Below the pieces are notes generated by a model. The model ran no database searches, was not told the DNA's origin, and was given only the letters and a program-made list of their open reading frames with translations. From an uncultured Gammaproteobacteria bacterium (lineage in GTDB: Bacteria; Pseudomonadota; Gammaproteobacteria; SZUA-229), in contig CAWUSX010000022.1 of the NCBI GenBank assembly GCA_963924875.1, positions 36,808 through 100,807 of the forward strand: a stretch of DNA of 64,000 bases. The letters are read 5' to 3'. Both the position numbers and the translations under genes were made by a program. Positions 59,866-64,000 of this stretch are shown here, one piece after another. Each line of letters starts with the position of its first letter. The stretch's first letter is position 1.

Positions 59866-61269
59866 ATGAACGTAACTGCAGATACATTATCGAGTATTTC
59901 TGTAGTTGCATTGGTAACAGCAATGATGACGAATGATAAACAAAAGTCGGAATATATACTGGTTGTCGGTTTAGGCATTACCGGTCTTTCTGCTGTGCGT
60001 TATTTATTGTCGCAGGGTAAAAATGTTGTTGTTGTCGATAGTCGTCATGAGGCACCTGGCTACAAAGAGTTACAAAATGATTTTCCTGAAGTGAGCGTTT
60101 ACTTAGGTGAATTTGACAAGGCTTTGTTCATGGGGGCATCACAAATTGTAGTTAGCCCCGGTGTTTCCATGAAAGAAGGTGTTATTCGTCAAGCCATTGA
60201 ACAGGGTGTTGATGTTATTGGTGATATAGAGTTATTTGCACAGCGAGTGAACGTACCGGTCATTGCAGTAACCGGCTCCAACGGAAAAAGTACCGTAATT
60301 AGTTTGTTAGGTGAAATGGCAAAAGCGGCGAACATTAATTATGTAGTGGGTGGGAATATTGGTATACCAGCACTGAATTTAATTAATGAGAATATCGATT
60401 TATACATTCTAGAGTTATCAAGCTTTCAATTAGAAAGTTTAAAAAGTTTAAAGCCAGTTGCCGCAGCGGTGTTGAATGTTAGTCCTGATCATATGGATCG
60501 GTATGACAGTTATGCTGAGTATATTGAAGTGAAACAACACATATATCAGCAATGTAAAGTGGCAGTAATCAACCGAGATGATGCGTCAGTAAGTTATATG
60601 CAGGTAGGACATAAGTTAGTTACAGGCTTCAGTATGCATGAACCCGTGAATGGCGATTTTGGCTTGCGTGAATTTAATAATGAGATCTGGTTGTGTAAAG
60701 GCGACGAAAAATTAATTGAGCAGAAAAAACTTAAATTGAGTGGAAAACATAATGTAGCAAATACATTAGCTGCCCTGGCATTGGGTGAAGCAGCGAAGAT
60801 TCCAATGGCAAGTATGTTAGAGGCGTTGAAAGCATTTTCTGGCTTGCCGCATCGTACTCAGTTTGTCGCCAAAAAACACAATGTAACCTGGATTAATGAT
60901 TCTAAAGGTACAAATGTAGGTGCAACCATTGCGGCTATTGATGGTGTGCAGGTAAAAAATAAATTACTGCTTATTGCGGGTGGACTGGCAAAAGATGCGG
61001 ACTTCACAGCATTGAAATCAGTGGTAAAAGGTAAAGTGCGAAGTGTTGTATTGATCGGCAAAGATGCGCCAAAAATTGAACAGGCGCTGCAAGATGATGT
61101 GCCTATCTGGTTTGCCAAAGATATGCAGGACGCAGTTAATATTGCCGCGGACCTGGCGCATCCAGAAGACACAGTTTTATTGTCGCCAGCGTGTGCAAGT
61201 TTCGATATGTTTAATGGTTATGAGCATCGTGGTGAAGTTTTTGTTAAGGCAGTGGAGGACTTACTGTGA
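59866..61269 (+). CDS. murD: UDP-N-acetylmuramoylalanine--D-glutamate ligase
   Basis: GLGITGLS, VTGSNGKST and NDSKGTN. The start may instead be the ATG at 59923. Confidence 0.93.
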   Translation: MNVTADTLSSISVVALVTAMMTNDKQKSEYILVVGLGITGLSAVRYLLSQGKNVVVVDSRHEAPGYKELQNDFPEVSVYLGEFDKALFMGASQIVVSPGVSMKEGVIRQAIEQGVDVIGDIELFAQRVNVPVIAVTGSNGKSTVISLLGEMAKAANINYVVGGNIGIPALNLINENIDLYILELSSFQLESLKSLKPVAAAVLNVSPDHMDRYDSYAEYIEVKQHIYQQCKVAVINRDDASVSYMQVGHKLVTGFSMHEPVNGDFGLREFNNEIWLCKGDEKLIEQKKLKLSGKHNVANTLAALALGEAAKIPMASMLEALKAFSGLPHRTQFVAKKHNVTWINDSKGTNVGATIAAIDGVQVKNKLLLIAGGLAKDADFTALKSVVKGKVRSVVLIGKDAPKIEQALQDDVPIWFAKDMQDAVNIAADLAHPEDTVLLSPACASFDMFNGYEHRGEVFVKAVEDLL

Positions 61270-62567
61270 ATGTAGGTGTCCTGTTCCGACAAAAACAAAG
61301 TGCAATAAAATCGCGCAATGATAAACCGGTAATATTAGAGGGTTTAGATTCAACATTAATAATTTTAGTAGTGGCGCTGTTAATGATTGGTTTAATTATG
61401 GTTGCCTCTGCATCAATCAGTATTGCTGATAGTAAAACCAGTACACCATTCTATTATTTTTATAGACAGATGATGGCAGTTGTTCTGGGTTTAGCTGCTG
61501 CAATGACGATATTTAAAATTCGTTTAGTGTATTGGGAAAAGTCAGGAATGATATTGCTGGCAATTTCATTTGTACTGGTTGTATTAGTGCTGGTTCCGGG
61601 TATTGGTAAAACAGTAAATGGTTCAACACGCTGGATACCTATAGGTATTTTAAATTTTCAGGTGTCAGAAGTTGTTAAATTATTTTTGATGGTTTATGTG
61701 GCGGGTTACCTGGTGCGTCATGGTGAAGAAGTACGATCAAGTCTATGGGGTTTTATAAAGCCAATGATTATGGTCGGCATAATATGTATGTTTTTATTGC
61801 TCGAACCTGATTTTGGTGCGTCGGTAGTGATTATGGCAACGGTGCTAAGTATGACGTATTTGGCGGGTGCACGATTCATTCAGTTTGCAACCGTGCTTGC
61901 ATTGTTTGGTTCTGCGGCTGCTTTGCTTGTTATTTCATCGCCCTATCGATTGCAGCGATTAACGGCATTTGTGAATCCCTGGGCTGATCCTTTTGATTCA
62001 GGTTTCCAGTTAACACAGTCTTTAATAGCGGTCGGTTCTGGTGGTTGGTCTGGCACGGGCCTTGGTGGCAGTGTGCAAAAACTGTTTTATTTGCCTGAGG
62101 CACATACAGACTTTTTGTTTGCGATTCTGGCTGAAGAGTTTGGCTTAATAGGTGTAACGATTGTGATTGGGTTGTTTGCTGCATTGGTGTTTAGAATATT
62201 TATGATTGCGCGAAAAGCAGAATTAGGTGGTAACCAGTTCGCATCATATTTAGCTTATGGCATTGGTATCTGGTTGGGTTTGCAGGCCTTTATTAATATT
62301 GGCGTGAATATGGGGGTGTTACCTACCAAAGGTTTAACACTGCCGTTATTAAGCTATGGCGGAAGTAGTTTGATTGTAGTGAGCTGTTCTATAGGTTTGT
62401 TATTACGTATAGCTTATGAGTGCTCAAATGGGCAGGCGACAAATAAAAAACCATTATCCAGAAAGTCTTCCGTGAAAACAAAAAAATCTCAGAAAATGCC
62501 TGTTAGAAGGCCAGGATCAAGCAGAAAAAATAAAAGCATGAAAGATTTAATCGGGGAGGCAGCATGA
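61266..62567 (+). CDS. ftsW: Peptidoglycan glycosyltransferase / lipid II flippase FtsW
   Basis: 433 aa SEDS protein (QPSE-like FQVSEVVKL, PEAHTDF, LPTKGLTLPLLSYGGSS) with a Lys/Ser/Arg-rich C-terminal tail. Confidence 0.93.
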   Translation: MNVGVLFRQKQSAIKSRNDKPVILEGLDSTLIILVVALLMIGLIMVASASISIADSKTSTPFYYFYRQMMAVVLGLAAAMTIFKIRLVYWEKSGMILLAISFVLVVLVLVPGIGKTVNGSTRWIPIGILNFQVSEVVKLFLMVYVAGYLVRHGEEVRSSLWGFIKPMIMVGIICMFLLLEPDFGASVVIMATVLSMTYLAGARFIQFATVLALFGSAAALLVISSPYRLQRLTAFVNPWADPFDSGFQLTQSLIAVGSGGWSGTGLGGSVQKLFYLPEAHTDFLFAILAEEFGLIGVTIVIGLFAALVFRIFMIARKAELGGNQFASYLAYGIGIWLGLQAFINIGVNMGVLPTKGLTLPLLSYGGSSLIVVSCSIGLLLRIAYECSNGQATNKKPLSRKSSVKTKKSQKMPVRRPGSSRKNKSMKDLIGEAA

Positions 62568-63652
62568 GTAATTTGAATACTCGCCCCGTAATGATTATGG
62601 CCGGAGGTACTGGCGGACATGTTTACCCTGCATTAGCGGTGGCAGAAGAATTAATGCAACACGGAGTCCCTGTGATTTGGATGGGAACTAAGAAGGGTAT
62701 AGAGGCTCGGCTAGTGCCTGAAGCTGGTATAGAAGTTGATTGGCTGGGCATGAGTGGCTTGCGAGGTAAAGGTGTTTTAACTTTATTATTCGCACCATTG
62801 AAAATTATATTGGCATGTTATCAGGCGTATAAAATTTTAGTGAAGCGTAAACCTGCGGTTGTATTGGGAATGGGTGGATTTGTTTCAGCACCGGGTGGCT
62901 TAATGGCATGGCTTACGCGTGTGCCATTGTTAATACATGAACAAAATGCTGTACCAGGTATGAGTAACCGCATACTTGCAAGGCTAGCAGATAAAGTAAT
63001 GGAAGCATTTCCAAATAGCTTTAAGTCACCTTCTGTTCATGTAGGTAATCCAGTGCGTAAAGTGATAGCTGAATTAGCATTGCCAGAACAACGATTTGCA
63101 GAGAGGACTGATGCTCTACGTGTGTTTGTTTTTGGTGGCAGCTTAGGTGCGGCACGACTAAATGAATTGATTCCTCAGGTTTGTGCAGAGCTAAAAGGTA
63201 AAAAAGAATTACGTATAAAGCATCAAACGGGTGCTGGGAACTTTGAGCAAACGCAATCAAATTATATACATCTAGGTATTAAGGCAGATGTGTTTGAATA
63301 TATTGATGATATGGCAGAAATGTATGCATGGGCTGATCTGGTTATCTGTAGAGCAGGTGCAATGACAATAGCGGAGCTTGCGGCAGCAGGTGTAGCGTCA
63401 ATTTTGGTGCCATATCCGCATGCAGTAGATGATCACCAAACACACAATGCACGCTATTTAAGTGAAGCGGGTGCGGGTGTGTTATTGCAGCAGAAAAATT
63501 TAAATGTGGATTCATTAGTGAATGTACTAAATTCAATTGATAGAAACACAGCTTTGGATATGGCAAAAAAAGCCAAACAAAAAGGTATGCCAGAGGCAAC
63601 TCGTTTAGTTACACAAGCGTGTTTAATTGCAGGAGGATATGATGTTAATTGA
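62564..63652 (+). CDS. murG: Undecaprenyldiphospho-muramoylpentapeptide beta-N-acetylglucosaminyltransferase
   Basis: 362 aa with [16 protein letters not shown] and [14 protein letters not shown]. Confidence 0.95.
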   Translation: MSNLNTRPVMIMAGGTGGHVYPALAVAEELMQHGVPVIWMGTKKGIEARLVPEAGIEVDWLGMSGLRGKGVLTLLFAPLKIILACYQAYKILVKRKPAVVLGMGGFVSAPGGLMAWLTRVPLLIHEQNAVPGMSNRILARLADKVMEAFPNSFKSPSVHVGNPVRKVIAELALPEQRFAERTDALRVFVFGGSLGAARLNELIPQVCAELKGKKELRIKHQTGAGNFEQTQSNYIHLGIKADVFEYIDDMAEMYAWADLVICRAGAMTIAELAAAGVASILVPYPHAVDDHQTHNARYLSEAGAGVLLQQKNLNVDSLVNVLNSIDRNTALDMAKKAKQKGMPEATRLVTQACLIAGGYDVN

Positions 63653-64000
63653 ATCGCATCCAATGCGTAAAATTCAGCGTGTGCACTTTGTAGGGATTGG
63701 CGGCGTTGGTATGTGTGGCATTGCTGAGGTCTTACTTAATCTTGGTTATAAAATTTCAGGTTCTGATGTAAAAGAAAATGTAGCAACAAAACGTTTAAGT
63801 AAGCAGGGAGCTGAGATCTTTATAGGGCAAGCTGCGAATAATATTGAAAATGCTGAAGTTGTCGTCGTATCTACTGCAATTTCAGCAGATAATGTAGAAG
63901 TTATTGCAGCAAAAGACAAGCGTATACCAGTTGTGCGTCGTGCAGAAATGCTCGCGGAAATAATGCGTTTTCGATATGGAATTGCAATTGCAGGAACACA
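63642..64000 (+). CDS. murC: UDP-N-acetylmuramate--L-alanine ligase, N-terminal part (runs off window)
   Basis: ATG at 63642, 5 nt after AGGAGG, giving [42 protein letters not shown]. Overlaps the murG 3' end by 11 nt. Confidence 0.9.
   Translation, partial: MLIESHPMRKIQRVHFVGIGGVGMCGIAEVLLNLGYKISGSDVKENVATKRLSKQGAEIFIGQAANNIENAEVVVVSTAISADNVEVIAAKDKRIPVVRRAEMLAEIMRFRYGIAIAGT

Overview
This is a 64-kb chromosomal segment from a moderately AT-rich gammaproteobacterium; the species cannot be determined from the sequence alone. Almost all of it is conserved housekeeping DNA, and the gene order resembles the Pseudomonas-type arrangement as I recall it. In order, the window holds: an HD-GYP response regulator (5' truncated by the window edge), DUF1456 and DUF2058 proteins, tmcA and a spermidine-synthase-like methyltransferase; three orphan small ORFs on the minus strand; purEK; two unknown ORFs; phoH, greB, motY and argG; a membrane sulfatase (LTA-synthase family) broken by one TGA; thrC and mgtE. 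The rpoN neighbourhood follows on the minus strand: yrbG-kdsD-kdsC-lptC-lptA-lptB-rpoN-hpf-ptsN-hprK-rapZ-EIIA(Man family)-HPr-EI. Then come mlaFEDCB-murA-hisG-hisD, a 61-aa Cys-pair protein, an inverted hsp20 and hisC; a DegS/AlgW-type protease and a Nif3-family gene; petABC, with petB broken by one TAG; sspAB; a GlcD-like oxidase; diaA-yraN-lpoA and the divergent rsmI. Three tandem paralogues of an unrecognised ~157-aa family follow, the middle one frameshifted. The window ends with RNase P RNA and the dcw cluster mraZ-rsmH-ftsL-ftsI-murE-murF-mraY-murD-ftsW-murG-murC (partial), preceded by a clear Pmra promoter and MraZ operator. I saw no tRNA, rRNA, CRISPR array, transposase, integrase, phage gene or recognisable defence or toxin module. 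I do not see a convincing large novel multi-gene system. The best candidate for something undescribed is the triple-paralogue cassette inserted at the normally tight rsmI-rnpB junction. Secondary items are the minus-strand orphan trio at 5.2-6.2 kb next to a very AT-rich spacer, the three single-lesion gene disruptions (including the normally indispensable cytochrome b), and the hsp20 and small Cys-pair protein interrupting the his genes. All functional calls rest on motifs I read in the supplied translations plus remembered family knowledge; no database search was run.
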